Positions 11,826 to 22,768 of a stretch of 64,000 bases of DNA are shown here, piece after piece. Location: NCBI GenBank assembly GCA_000004985.1, contig GG738908.1, one strand, 5' to 3'. This stretch comes from Naegleria gruberi. Taxonomy: Eukaryota. The translations under genes and the position numbers were made by a program. Within the stretch, counting starts at the first letter, position 1. Each line of letters opens with the position of its first letter. The notes beneath the pieces were generated by a model, which was not told where the DNA came from, ran no database searches, and saw only the letters and a program-made list of their open reading frames with translations.

Positions 11826-12095
11826 ATGAATCAATTAACATCACTTGATGTATACGATAATCAAATTGGTATAGAAGGATCCCAATTCATAAGTGAAATG
11901 ACACAATTAACATCACTTAATATATGTTACAATCAACTAGGTGATGAGGGAGCCAAAATCATAAGTAAAATGACACAACTAACATCACTTGATATATTTA
12001 GCAATGAAATTGGTGATGAGGGAGCCAAATCAATAAGTGAAATGAAACAATTAACATCACTTAATATTGCTGACAATCAGGTTGTTTTCTATTAG
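11826..12095 (+). CDS. Short ORF made of RNI-type leucine-rich repeats (ISEMTQLTSL.I..N.IGDEGAK); probably a gene fragment or relic
   Basis: An 89-aa ORF made of four copies of a ~28-aa repeat (QLTSLDVYDNQIGIEGSQFISEM...). The repeat continues upstream across stops, and no start or extended ORF is found. Confidence 0.3.
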   Translation: MNQLTSLDVYDNQIGIEGSQFISEMTQLTSLNICYNQLGDEGAKIISKMTQLTSLDIFSNEIGDEGAKSISEMKQLTSLNIADNQVVFY

Positions 12096-12282
12096 CGTTG
12101 AATAAAACATGAAAGTTTATTAATGTCTTTCTAAAATGAATTCTTGAGCTCGTGGCACAAACTCTTCTTCTGATCTTGTGTTCTGAGTGTTTAGTTACTC
12201 TTATTATCATTAAAAATTAACAAATTAAAAAAAATATTAAAAAAAAAATTCAATCAATTACACTTGAAACTCTTCCATCATC

Positions 12283-13005
12283 ATGAGTACCAACAACACA
12301 GCTGCAGCATCATCAAATCCAATCGGTAGTGATGAGGATTTATATCTCCGATCATTATTTGCTCACAATTCACCAGAGGCTTGTTCATCATTATTCCGAG
12401 CAGCCAATGAAGAGAAGAAATTAAAAGGAATTGAAGGAGGATTTCATACACTCTATGTTGGATGTTTATTAAAAGTATTGACAAAGGCTAAGGAACCACT
12501 TAATTATTGTTTACCTTCGTTTATTAAAAATCCAGGAACAACAGAAGATGATGAAGAAGCAACCTCTGTTATCAAAATGAAAAAGGTTAATGAATGTATC
12601 GGAATGGATGTAGAAACAACTACACATATTTTGGGAGAATTAGATAGAGTGGTTTCTAGAAAACCAGCTGAAGTTTTGGGACATTTAAATTCTATTAGTA
12701 GTAACTTGAATAGTAATGGCTTGCAAATTAATTCATCAGACTCTGTGGATATGATTAGAAATAAGGTCAAGAGTGCTGTTGAATCTAATTGTATGGATTG
12801 CTTTTCGGAAATTGATGGTTCTCAATCGATAGATTCACAAGCTTACTCCATGTTCAAGTCTCATTTGTGCTTGTTTGCATCTGTTTGTAAGAAACAATTT
12901 CAATCTTGTTTGACAAGCCATACTACACATAGAGGATTTTCAAAATGCTTAGAGGAAAGTGCACAAATGGAATGTTTTAAATTATACAAGGATGTTGAAT
13001 TTTAA
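12283..13005 (+). CDS. Hypothetical protein (240 aa), Cys-containing, no recognisable domain
   Basis: A clean single ORF with an ATG, sitting in an intergenic slot between flanking genes. Confidence 0.45.
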   Translation: MSTNNTAAASSNPIGSDEDLYLRSLFAHNSPEACSSLFRAANEEKKLKGIEGGFHTLYVGCLLKVLTKAKEPLNYCLPSFIKNPGTTEDDEEATSVIKMKKVNECIGMDVETTTHILGELDRVVSRKPAEVLGHLNSISSNLNSNGLQINSSDSVDMIRNKVKSAVESNCMDCFSEIDGSQSIDSQAYSMFKSHLCLFASVCKKQFQSCLTSHTTHRGFSKCLEESAQMECFKLYKDVEF

Positions 13006-13192
13006 AATTCATATCTAAAATTTTTTAAAGGATTATTTTACAATGAACTACTCAATTTTCTATTTTGGTAAATCATTTTACCAAAAGTAAATTCCGTCTT
13101 AATTAAGAATTAGAGATGCAATATGAATCAAATGTCAGCGCTGAACCGAGCATATTATTCGAATCTTGACCTAATTGTATTTTTTTACAACT

Positions 13193-14341
13193 TTAATGGT
13201 TTGGTTTGGCAGTGTTTGTGGATTGCTCGCTACTGGCATCACTGCACGACGCTGATTCGTTATCTGATGAAGTTGAATCATCTTGTTGCTTCTTTTCATC
13301 TGTTGTAGGCACAGGTTTCTTTCTTCCTCTTGGAATTGATCCAGGTTTTCTAGGTCTACCTCTAGGTCTCTTTGGCAAACTTTGTATTCTCAATTGTTCA
13401 GTTTTAAACGATTCCAAAGTATGCATAGAAAAGTTGCATGTCAATGCTGATTCTGGAGATGGTCTATGCCTTTCATGTTTCGAGCTCTTCTTAACGCCTC
13501 CTGATAATACAGGGATTGGAATTTCCTCTCGTTTTGAACTCGATGAAGATGCCCTGGATTGATGTTTTGAAATAACTGTAGAGGATTGGTTCACATGGTG
13601 GGACGAAACCAAATCAATTGCGTTGGATGCATGTTGTTGATTCATGGAAGGGAATGCTTCTTGATGAGATGTGAGAGCATTTAAATTATTCGAAAGGTTT
13701 AAACTGGTGGAAGCGTGTGTAGCTGAGAATAGAACATTACTACCTGCACTACTTTCATGTTGTTGCTGTTGATTATGTAAAGCATTTTGTAAGAGCTGCG
13801 ATACACTTTCATGAGAAAAATCATCTTCAATAGAGGATTTGTGTCCAATCGAAATTGTTTGCTTTAGTGGGTTGACCACCACATGTGTTGACTCATTGTT
13901 GATGTTCAGCTGTACAGAGGGTTGTTGATGATGTGAAGAAGGTATTGGTAACTTTTCCAAAACCATGTATAATTGAAATAATTGCTCTGGAGAAAGCTCT
14001 TTGAGTAACTTTTCTTGAATGTACTGTAAATTGTTATGTGTTGGAATTTGTTGTTGATGTATATTTGGGGAAGCAGATAATGAAGTGGAAAAGGAAACAT
14101 TGGAATAGGTATTATGGAGATAGTTCTCGGCTAAATGACTTGTAGGTTGTGAAAATTGGTGACTTGGTATAGTAACAGTGTTTTGTTGACTAATAGAAAG
14201 GTGTTGTTGCTGTAAGTTTAAATTAGGTGTTGTTGACTGTGTATTGTTGGCATTGAAGGTGTTAGTATTATTATTACTTGAAATTGGAAAGAGAGAATTA
14301 TTATGCTGAAGTTGATTATTGATGTTATCTCTGGGAATCAT
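13193..14341 (-). CDS. Low-complexity Asn/Gln/Ser-rich nuclear-type protein with C-terminal AT-hook-like basic motif (KRPRGRPRKPGSIPRGRKKP)
   Basis: A 382-aa ORF. The N-terminus MIPRDNINNQLQHNNSLFPISSNNNTNTFNANNTQS is shared with a paralog at 16659..17047. Confidence 0.6.
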   Translation of the reverse strand: MIPRDNINNQLQHNNSLFPISSNNNTNTFNANNTQSTTPNLNLQQQHLSISQQNTVTIPSHQFSQPTSHLAENYLHNTYSNVSFSTSLSASPNIHQQQIPTHNNLQYIQEKLLKELSPEQLFQLYMVLEKLPIPSSHHQQPSVQLNINNESTHVVVNPLKQTISIGHKSSIEDDFSHESVSQLLQNALHNQQQQHESSAGSNVLFSATHASTSLNLSNNLNALTSHQEAFPSMNQQHASNAIDLVSSHHVNQSSTVISKHQSRASSSSSKREEIPIPVLSGGVKKSSKHERHRPSPESALTCNFSMHTLESFKTEQLRIQSLPKRPRGRPRKPGSIPRGRKKPVPTTDEKKQQDDSTSSDNESASCSDASSEQSTNTAKPNH

Positions 14342-14399
14342 GTTTGATGAGATTAGTATTTTGAGAGAAAGAATAGTAATTATTAGACAACCTCTTTGA

Positions 14400-15543
14400 C
14401 GAACGAAACTAGAAGACTACTTGGGTAGTAGAAAGTTCAGTGCACTGCTTGATGTTGTTTCTCTTTTTTAAATTTTTGCAACACAAACAGATTGCAAAGG
14501 CAATATTGAGAGTGGTGATTAAATCCAGAAAAATACAAAGCGATGTTGGCTTTCTTGTCATAATACGACAAAGAAATCTGCAACCATGTCAGAACGCACT
14601 CCACACAGTTACCTCGATTGTCAGTCTCAATTTTCCTACTCATAAACCACATTGCCAAACAACAAGTTGTAGACTACCAATTACCAATACAGGTGTGGAA
14701 GTTACTCTTCAATCTTCTCATGCAAACAACCAAGAAGAAAAATACCTTTAATTCTTAACAATGCTAACATGGTGTCTATCTTCATTTTGTAAATTGTGGG
14801 CCAACCAGATCTTTTGATAACTATTGGAAGCTGGTAGACACTTAATTACGTGTGGGTTGCAATATAGCCAATTGGTTTTGGGGAGGGATTCTTTCATTGC
14901 CACACTTTAGTGTTACGGTTACTGGACTCAATAAATACATATATGTAAATATGTAGGAGGTCCATATTTACTGTTTAAGTTGGCAACACGTCAAGATATG
15001 TCACCGAAGCCCAATACCGCTTACCTGTTAGTATTTTCCAATCCAAGTTGTAGGATGTAAAACAAGTATGACTAAGGTTGACAGGAATCTCCTGCTCCTA
15101 CTACCGAGCTCATTTCGCATTTGCATTAACTTTAAACATCATCTAAGGCAACCTTCATTTCTAACGGCTGTATTCGAAAGCGATTCATTTCTCCCACTGA
15201 ACTTGCTCCCTTCCTTAAACTTCAACTACTTCTAATAATCGATTCAAATTACATCCAAATATGACTATGAAAGTTGGTTCAAGAATAATTTACTAGTTGA
15301 GTTTCCTTTTCAAACTTCTTTTCTCTTGTCTAAATTCTCAATATGGAGAAATTACTCATCAATTTTTATTCCCTACCTCAGGTATTATTAAGAATGTTGT
15401 AACATCAAAATGGCTTCATATGTTTAGAGTTTGGTTCAACAATATCTGAAGATGACCAAAAATTATCCATTAAACAACTCAAAGTTCCTAGCTCTGCAAT
15501 TTGAATATATAAGAAGAGATGCATCATAATTATATTGAGGAAT
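14400..15543. repeat. Copy 1 of a ~1.1-kb non-coding block (the upstream region of the AT-hook gene), duplicated at 17100..18358 and 18409..19330
   Basis: Blocks shared across copies include gggttttggggagggattctttcattg, ttggcaacacgtcaagatatgtcac, ctttaaacatcatctaaggcaacc, cttccttaaacttcaactacttctaataatc and catccaaatatgactatgaaagttggttc. These occur at ~75-85% identity with indels, and I judged this by eye. The last ~55 bp (15490..15543) match the 3' end of the 7TM gene at 19330..19385. Confidence 0.6.
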
Positions 15544-16658
15544 NNNNNNNNNNNNNNNNNNNNNNNNNNNNNNNNNNNNNNNNNNNNNNNNNNNNNNNNN
15601 NNNNNNNNNNNNNNNNNNNNNNNNNNNNNNNNNNNNNNNNNNNNNNNNNNNNNNNNNNNNNNNNNNNNNNNNNNNNNNNNNNNNNNNNNNNNNNNNNNNN
15701 NNNNNNNNNNNNNNNNNNNNNNNNNNNNNNNNNNNNNNNNNNNNNNNNNNNNNNNNNNNNNNNNNNNNNNNNNNNNNNNNNNNNNNNNNNNNNNNNNNNN
15801 NNNNNNNNNNNNNNNNNNNNNNNNNNNNNNNNNNNNNNNNNNNNNNNNNNNNNNNNNNNNNNNNNNNNNNNNNNNNNNNNNNNNNNNNNNNNNNNNNNNN
15901 NNNNNNNNNNNNNNNNNNNNNNNNNNNNNNNNNNNNNNNNNNNNNNNNNNNNNNNNNNNNNNNNNNNNNNNNNNNNNNNNNNNNNNNNNNNNNNNNNNNN
16001 NNNNNNNNNNNNNNNNNNNNNNNNNNNNNNNNNNNNNNNNNNNNNNNNNNNNNNNNNNNNNNNNNNNNNNNNNNNNNNNNNNNNNNNNNNNNNNNNNNNN
16101 NNNNNNNNNNNNNNNNNNNNNNNNNNNNNNNNNNNNNNNNNNNNNNNNNNNNNNNNNNNNNNNNNNNNNNNNNNNNNNNNNNNNNNNNNNNNNNNNNNNN
16201 NNNNNNNNNNNNNNNNNNNNNNNNNNNNNNNNNNNNNNNNNNNNNNNNNNNNNNNNNNNNNNNNNNNNNNNNNNNNNNNNNNNNNNNNNNNNNNNNNNNN
16301 NNNNNNNNNNNNNNNNNNNNNNNNNNNNNNNNNNNNNNNNNNNNNNNNNNNNNNNNNNNNNNNNNNNNNNNNNNNNNNNNNNNNNNNNNNNNNNNNNNNN
16401 NNNNNNNNNNNNNNNNNNNNNNNNNNNNNNNNNNNNNNNNNNNNNNNNNNNNNNNNNNNNNNNNNNNNNNNNNNNNNNNNNNNNNNNNNNNNNNNNNNNN
16501 NNNNNNNNNNNNNNNNNNNNNNNNNNNNNNNNNNNNNNNNNNNNNNNNNNNNNNNNNNNNNNNNNNNNNNNNNNNNNNNNNNNNNNNNNNNNNNNNNNNN
16601 NNNNNNNNNNNNNNNNNNNNNNNNNNNNNNNNNNNNNNNNNNNNNNNNNNNNNNNNNN
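15544..16658. other. Assembly gap (1115 N)
   Basis: A run of n. Both flanks carry partial paralogous genes, so the true size is probably underestimated. Confidence 0.99.
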
Positions 16659-17047
16659 GCTTGATGTTGTAGTAGGTTGTGTGCGCGATTTTGTGTAGTA
16701 ACAACGTTTTGTTGATTAATCGAAAGGTGTTGTTGCTGTAAGTTGTCTATAGTTGAGAACATGTTGCTATTCAACATGTGATGGAGAGGATTCTGTGAGG
16801 ATTGCATGAAACTGGACGAATCACTATTACTCGTTGAAGAACTATTTACACTATTTGTCAACTCTGACCGAATGTCAAATAAGGAGTTTAAACCTTGTGA
16901 TTGTATAAATGTTAAATTAGATGTTATTGACTGTGTATTATTGGCATTGAAGGAGTTTGGATTATTACTGCTTGAAATTGGAAAGAGAGAATTATTCTGC
17001 TGCTTATGTTGATTATTACTATTGATGTTGTTATCTCTGGGAAACAT
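16659..17047 (-). CDS. 5' portion of a paralog of the AT-hook low-complexity gene; the rest is lost in the gap
   Basis: MFPRDNNINSNNQHKQQNNSLFPISSSNNPNSFNANNTQSITSNL... aligns with the N-terminus of the 14341 gene. The ORF runs into the N-gap. Confidence 0.5.
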
Positions 17048-17099
17048 GTTTGATGAGATTACAGAAAGGTAGTAGGAAATCTGCTTTAAAAACTAAATT

Positions 17100-18358
17100 A
17101 CCTTCTCTCAACCTCTTGGAAGAACGAAACTAGAAGAAACACTCGAGTAGTAGAAAGAGTTCAGTGTTTGATGTTGTTTCTTTTTAATATTTTTGCACCA
17201 CAAACAAGATTGCAAAGGCAATCTGAGCGACGTCTTTTGATGAAATCCAGAAATATACAAAGCGATGGTGGCTTTAATTCCAAAGTAATCTCAACTTCCA
17301 ACCCTGTCATTACGCACTCCACATAGTTACCCCAATGGTCAGTCTCAATTTTCCAACTCAGAAACAAAAAATATAGCCAGAACAAGTTTAAGACAGGTTG
17401 ATGTTACTCGTCGATCTTTTCTCAAGCAAAACAACCGAGAAATAACTTTAATTCTTAACAATGCTGGTCTGTGCGAACATGATTTCTGTTTTATCCAAAT
17501 GAAAGAGATTGTGGGCCAACCAGCTCTCTCTATAACTATTGGAAGCAGTTAGAGTAAATTCAATTGGATTGGCAAGCTTTCATCTTTCATTAAAAATCTT
17601 AAGAGTCCGAGTTTCGTACATGTAAAATCAATGATGAACCTTTCTTAATTGTTCAGAGCAATCGTGGCTACGTAGTCACTGGGTTTTGGGGAGGGATTCT
17701 TTCATTGTCACATATAGTGCTACTGAAATATAGGAAAGTGGTCCTTATTTACTAATAAGTTGGCAATACGTCAGGACATGTCACAGAATCCTAATAACGC
17801 TTACCTGTTGGAATTTCCAGAAACTGTAGGGCGTAAAAAAGCATGACAATGGTTGACAAGGATTCTCCTCCTATTACTGAGCTTTCGTTTCGCAACACGA
17901 ATCAATAGCATTGACTTTAAACATCATCTAAGGCAACCCGCATATCTAACAGCTGAATTGGAATGTATTCCCTCCCACCACAGAACATACTACCTTCCTT
18001 AAACCTCAACTACTTCTAATAATCAAATAACATCCAAATATGACTATGAAAGTTGGTTCTGAATTGTTCAAGGAGAATCCAAGTTGAGTTACCTTTTTAA
18101 ACTTCTTTTCCTTCATTTTCATTCAGCAAATTGGGTATCACTGGAGAAAAGTTGTTTTGGTCTTGTCTCAATAATGGAGAAATTACTTTATTATTCCCAA
18201 ACTTCAGTTATTACCAAGATTGTTTAACGTCCTTATTACTTCAATTGTAATTCTTCGTTGGCTTGTCTAGCTTCCATCAATTGTTGTTTAACCATCATTA
18301 ATTGGATTTTGAACGGGAAATGGTGTCTCTTACGATTCTTTAATAGCCATCTCTTCTT
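17100..18358. repeat. Copy 2 of the ~1.1-kb upstream block
   Basis: Colinear with 14400..15543. Its distal ~900 bp (17461..18358) are ~97% identical to 18421..19278, judged by eye. Confidence 0.6.
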
Positions 18359-18408
18359 NNNNNNNNNNNNNNNNNNNNNNNNNNNNNNNNNNNNNNNNNN
18401 NNNNNNNN
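18359..18408. other. Assembly gap (50 N)
   Basis: A run of n flanked on both sides by the same ~900-bp sequence. Confidence 0.99.
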
Positions 18409-19330
18409 CAAGCAAAACAACTGAGAAATAACTTTATTCTTAACAATGCTGGTCTGTGCGAACATGATTTCTGTTTTATCCAAATGAAAGAGATTGTGGG
18501 CCAACCAGCTATCTCTATAACCTCATCATGATAACTATTGGAAGCAGTTAGAGTAAATTCAATTGGATTGGCAAGCTTTCACGTAGTCACTGGGTTTTGG
18601 GGAGGGATTCTTTCATTGTCACATATAGTGCTACTGAAATATAGGAAAGTGGTCCTTATTTACTAATAAGTTGGCAATACGTCAGGATATGTCACAGAAT
18701 CCTAATATCGCTTACCTGTTGGAATTTCCAGAAACTGTAGGACGTAAAAAAGCATGACAATGGTTGACAAGGATCCTCCTCCTATTACTGAGCTTTCGTT
18801 TCGCAACACGAATCAATAGCATTGACTTTAAACATCATCTAAGGCAACCTTCATATCTAACAGCTGAATTGGAATGTATTCCCTCCCACCACAGAACATG
18901 CTACCTTCCTTAAACCTCAACTACTTCTAATAATCAAATAACATCCAAATATGACTATGAAAGTTGGTTCTGAATTGTTCAAGGAGAATCCAAGTTGAGT
19001 TACCTTTTTAAACTTCTTTTCCTTCATTTTCATTCAGCAAATTGGGTATCACTGGAGAAAAGTTGTTTTGGTCTTGTCTCAATAATGGAGAAATTACTTT
19101 ATTACCAATTTTATTCCCAAACTTCAGTTATTACCAAGATTGTTTAACGTCCTTATTACTTCAATTGTAATTCTTCGTTGGCTTGTCTAGCTTCCATCAA
19201 TTGTTGTTTAACCATCATTAATTGGATTTTGAACGGGAAATGGTGTCTCTTACGATTCTTTAATAGCCATCTCTTCTTGTAATTCCTTGTATAAAACAAA
19301 AATTAAACAAACAGATTGTCCTAGAATTGC
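18409..19330. repeat. Copy 3 of the upstream block, nearly identical to 17461..18358
   Basis: Almost base-for-base identical to copy 2. The differences are a few SNPs and a 10-nt insertion near 18521..18531. Confidence 0.6.
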
Positions 19331-19357
19331 AATTTGATTAGAAGAGATGCATCATAA

Positions 19358-20678
19358 TTATATTGAGGAATTGATAGAATCATTGTGGTTGCTTAGTAGT
19401 GATGGAGAGGAGAGACCAAGATCATCTGCTGAGGGAGAAGTTGGTGAAACACAAACAATGGCATCTTGTCCATTAATTGGGCCATTAATCATTAATTCCT
19501 GTGGCTCGTCATGAGGTGAAGTGTCTGCGAACGAGGAAGCCAATGTGTTGCTATTTGCAATTTCCCTAGCTGTTTTTAAGGTTGTGGTCTTGTTATTATA
19601 GAAGGTCATTGTTTTGATTGCCTCTTCTGCATGGATAAACATTGGATAAAACATGGACATGCTCAGGGAGGAGCAGACGAGCACTGAAAAACTTGTTGAA
19701 ACTTGCCAAACAATTTTCACAACAGTATTTTCTGATCCACCAACAAGTGTGGCCACTCCTCCAGCAACTATATGGAGAAATACGCTCAATACCATGGCAC
19801 TAATCAGTAGAATAGTGATAAGAAATGGATTGACCTGTCTTTTTACAAATCCTTTCTGTTGTAAAGGTTCTATGTGTGCAATGGAGAGTCTGTGAGTATT
19901 TCTCTTAATTGCCTTAATGACGACAATACCAGACCAAAGGGTGAAAACAGCTTTGAATACTAACATGCAAGATACCACAGCGAATATAACACTATTCGAA
20001 ATTGTAATTGGTGTCTGAGGCAAAATGTCCATCAAGTGAAGGAAATGAAATAGAGAAACAACTGAAACAATAATGAACATGGAGAAGGAAAATAGCCCAG
20101 TGATCACGTACAATCCCTTCTTTAAATTATTGGCCAACTTGGCTGAAAGAGCTTTCGCCCGATATGAAGAATTCAAACTATTTCAATAATAAAATTGGAA
20201 ATGATTAGATGTTGTTAATAAATTACCTTCTCCTTACTTACAATATAGTCTGTACATAACTAATAATCACAAACAAGGTTACAAAACTCAACAACAAAAC
20301 ATAATCAGATGCAGTTGACAACAAGGCATAAACCACATACAGAGCTTTCGTAATATGAAACCCTTCCTCCATTTTCATTCTCAATTCAATCACTACAAAA
20401 TCTGAAACAATCCTCACCACAATATTCACCATCTGAATGCTCATAAATACCGAATTCAGAATGAAGAATTTCTTGGCATTCGTTGACAATCGAATCTTTT
20501 TTAAATGATTCAAGAGAGAAACCAATGCCACACAACAAGCAATGAAACTTGCCAGGAAACCAAATTCAATTCCAATGGAAATACCACTCACTCCAATCGG
20601 AGCAAAATGATCTAAAGAAGTTATATTGACAAAATTTCTTCCGAATTCATCTTTATAAAAGTTAATGTGCTCCGCCAT
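19358..20678 (-). CDS. Seven-transmembrane receptor-like protein (short N-terminus, 7 hydrophobic helices, ~100-aa Ser-rich C-terminal tail); 2 exons
   Basis: The exons are 20678..20242 and 20177..19358. The intron has a GTAAGTAAGG donor and a TTGAAATAG acceptor and is 64 nt. Total CDS is 1257 nt, or 419 codons. I see seven hydrophobic segments (IGVSGISIGIEFGFLASFIACCVALVSLL ... VSTSFSVLVCSSLSMSMFYPMF). Confidence 0.6.
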
Positions 20679-21035
20679 TATTATTTGATAATGATGGCTG
20701 TTCAGGTCTTTTTTGTTTTGTTCAGAGATGCAGAAATTACATGATTACCTTCTTGTTTACAATTTTACTTAATAATTGTTGTTGATTGGGAGAGAAAAGA
20801 AGAAGTTTGCTGGGTGTAATCGTTTTGCGCGCTTAAACCTGCCGTTAATCTTTTATTTCAAAAATAAAATTGATAAATAAAAAATATATTTATAAATCAA
20901 TCCCAAAGAAAACCTTCTTTCATGATGATGAGAGAAATATTTTCTCAAGACTGCTTTTTCTCTCCGAGAAAATTATCTTTCGCTCCAGCATGGAAAGTAG
21001 AAAGCCTTCAATCTCCAGGTTGAATTTCTTCCTTT

Positions 21036-22712
21036 ATGCTAACAATTGAATCAAAACTCAACAAAACAAAATACACAACAATATCATCCCTTTCAATGTC
21101 CTTTAATTCATCTTCATCATCAACATCATCATCATCATTGCAAAATAATTCCACAATTGTGTACACGAACATGAATCAATTAAATATTGATATTCTCGAG
21201 TATGTGTTTGAATTTATTCCGAGAGGAATGGACAGGAGGAGAATAACACTGGTCAACAAGGCTTTTCACGATTCCAGATACTTGCTGGAGAAACATGAAA
21301 TGGCTCGGATGTGGCACGATGAGAATACTTGTCTTTTAAATCCTCTCGTGGAAGAAGTGGTGAGTGAAGAAGAATTGGAGACGAAACAGGAAGAATTACA
21401 AATTGCCATACCTTTCCATTTGAAATGGTTTGTAACTGGCTTTACGAATGGTAGAAAGGCATGGTCTAATTCTGTTGTGCATGTTAGTAATTTGTTGGGA
21501 CCTGTCAAATCTTGGAAAATGGACACACAGAATGGTTATGTAGTGTTGGGAGTTGATACTCAATTCTCGAACATGTTAACATTGAGTAGGGATGGAAGGA
21601 TTAGAGTGAATAGAGACACGGTTGACTTTTTTGATTTTGTAACGATGGTAAATCGTCCATTGAATCCAGAATTTTACAATTTTGAAAAGTTTAAAGAAAG
21701 AGTGTACTTCCCCTTCTCAATGACTAAGGGATTTTATAGTATTTTGCCAGACAAGTACAAGTTTGTGGACAGGTTGACCATGCATGCTATTGAATTGGAT
21801 CCAAAATGTTATACTTATGTTCCAGATTATATCAAGAGGATGAAACATATTGCCAAGAAGGTGTTTATTAGAAATCCATCCTTGGGCAGATTAATTCCAA
21901 AAGAAATTTTGGAAGATACAGATTTTGTTATGGATATTTACAAATCATCACAATCAATTCTGTTTTATGCTTCTCCTAAAGGAAAATGGTGGAGTGATAG
22001 GGGTTTTATGATTGAGGCATTGAAGCGTGATGTATGTTTAATAAGAAACTGTTCTGAGGAAATACGGACTGATAGAGAAATTATTGACATGATTATTGAC
22101 ATTGATGCAGCAAGTTCTTTTCAATATATTGGAAAATTCAAGGAAGACGAAGATATTGTGAAAACGGCACTATTTAAATCAAACTTCAAGATTCTGCATT
22201 ATATCAATAGTGATTTTCTACTTAATAATAGAGAACTAGTTCTCACAATACTGAAAAGTAATGGAAAGTATATTAACGAAATGCCAGAGTCAATCAAAAA
22301 GGATAGAGAATGCTTTTTCCTAGCTGCAAGAACGCCTTATTTCACATACAAAGTTCAATCTCTTTACAAAATAATAGAGAGTGACAGAGAGGATTTCAAA
22401 TCAATTCTGCAATTTAATCCGGACCTTTTGGAGAAGACCATTTTCAAACACGACAGAGAGCTCCTTAAAGAGGCTCTTTCACACAGTGGATATTGTCTCA
22501 GATTTGCAAGTGAAGAATTCAAGGCAGATAAGGAACTTGTTTTGACAGCCGTAACAAACAATGGATCTGCCCTAATGTATGCTTCTCCAAAACTCAAAGA
22601 TTGTGAAGAGGTTGTCTTGGCAGCTGTAATGAATAATGGAAAAGCAATTCGCTTTGCTTCAAAGAGATTATCATCCAATCAGAAAATTATCAAATCAAGA
22701 AAGTTAAAGTAA
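21036..22712 (+). CDS. DUF4116-repeat protein (558 aa)
   Basis: A single ORF. The C-terminal half holds repeated ~35-aa units of the form ...LK.D.E.VL.AV..NG.AL.YAS..LK.D... (for example ELVLTAVTNNGSALMYASPKLKDCEEVVLAAVMNNGKAIRFASKRL). Confidence 0.65.
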   Translation: MLTIESKLNKTKYTTISSLSMSFNSSSSSTSSSSLQNNSTIVYTNMNQLNIDILEYVFEFIPRGMDRRRITLVNKAFHDSRYLLEKHEMARMWHDENTCLLNPLVEEVVSEEELETKQEELQIAIPFHLKWFVTGFTNGRKAWSNSVVHVSNLLGPVKSWKMDTQNGYVVLGVDTQFSNMLTLSRDGRIRVNRDTVDFFDFVTMVNRPLNPEFYNFEKFKERVYFPFSMTKGFYSILPDKYKFVDRLTMHAIELDPKCYTYVPDYIKRMKHIAKKVFIRNPSLGRLIPKEILEDTDFVMDIYKSSQSILFYASPKGKWWSDRGFMIEALKRDVCLIRNCSEEIRTDREIIDMIIDIDAASSFQYIGKFKEDEDIVKTALFKSNFKILHYINSDFLLNNRELVLTILKSNGKYINEMPESIKKDRECFFLAARTPYFTYKVQSLYKIIESDREDFKSILQFNPDLLEKTIFKHDRELLKEALSHSGYCLRFASEEFKADKELVLTAVTNNGSALMYASPKLKDCEEVVLAAVMNNGKAIRFASKRLSSNQKIIKSRKLK

Positions 22713-22768
22713 CTTATTCGGTTATGCGCATATTAACATTTATCTGGATTTCTGTCAATACCCATCTC

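Noticed and set aside
15463-17047. Long ORFs (413, 381, 387 and 505 aa) reported by the ORF track across 15463..17047
   Set aside because: They consist almost entirely of translated N runs (X). Only the real flanking sequence (16659..17047) is informative.
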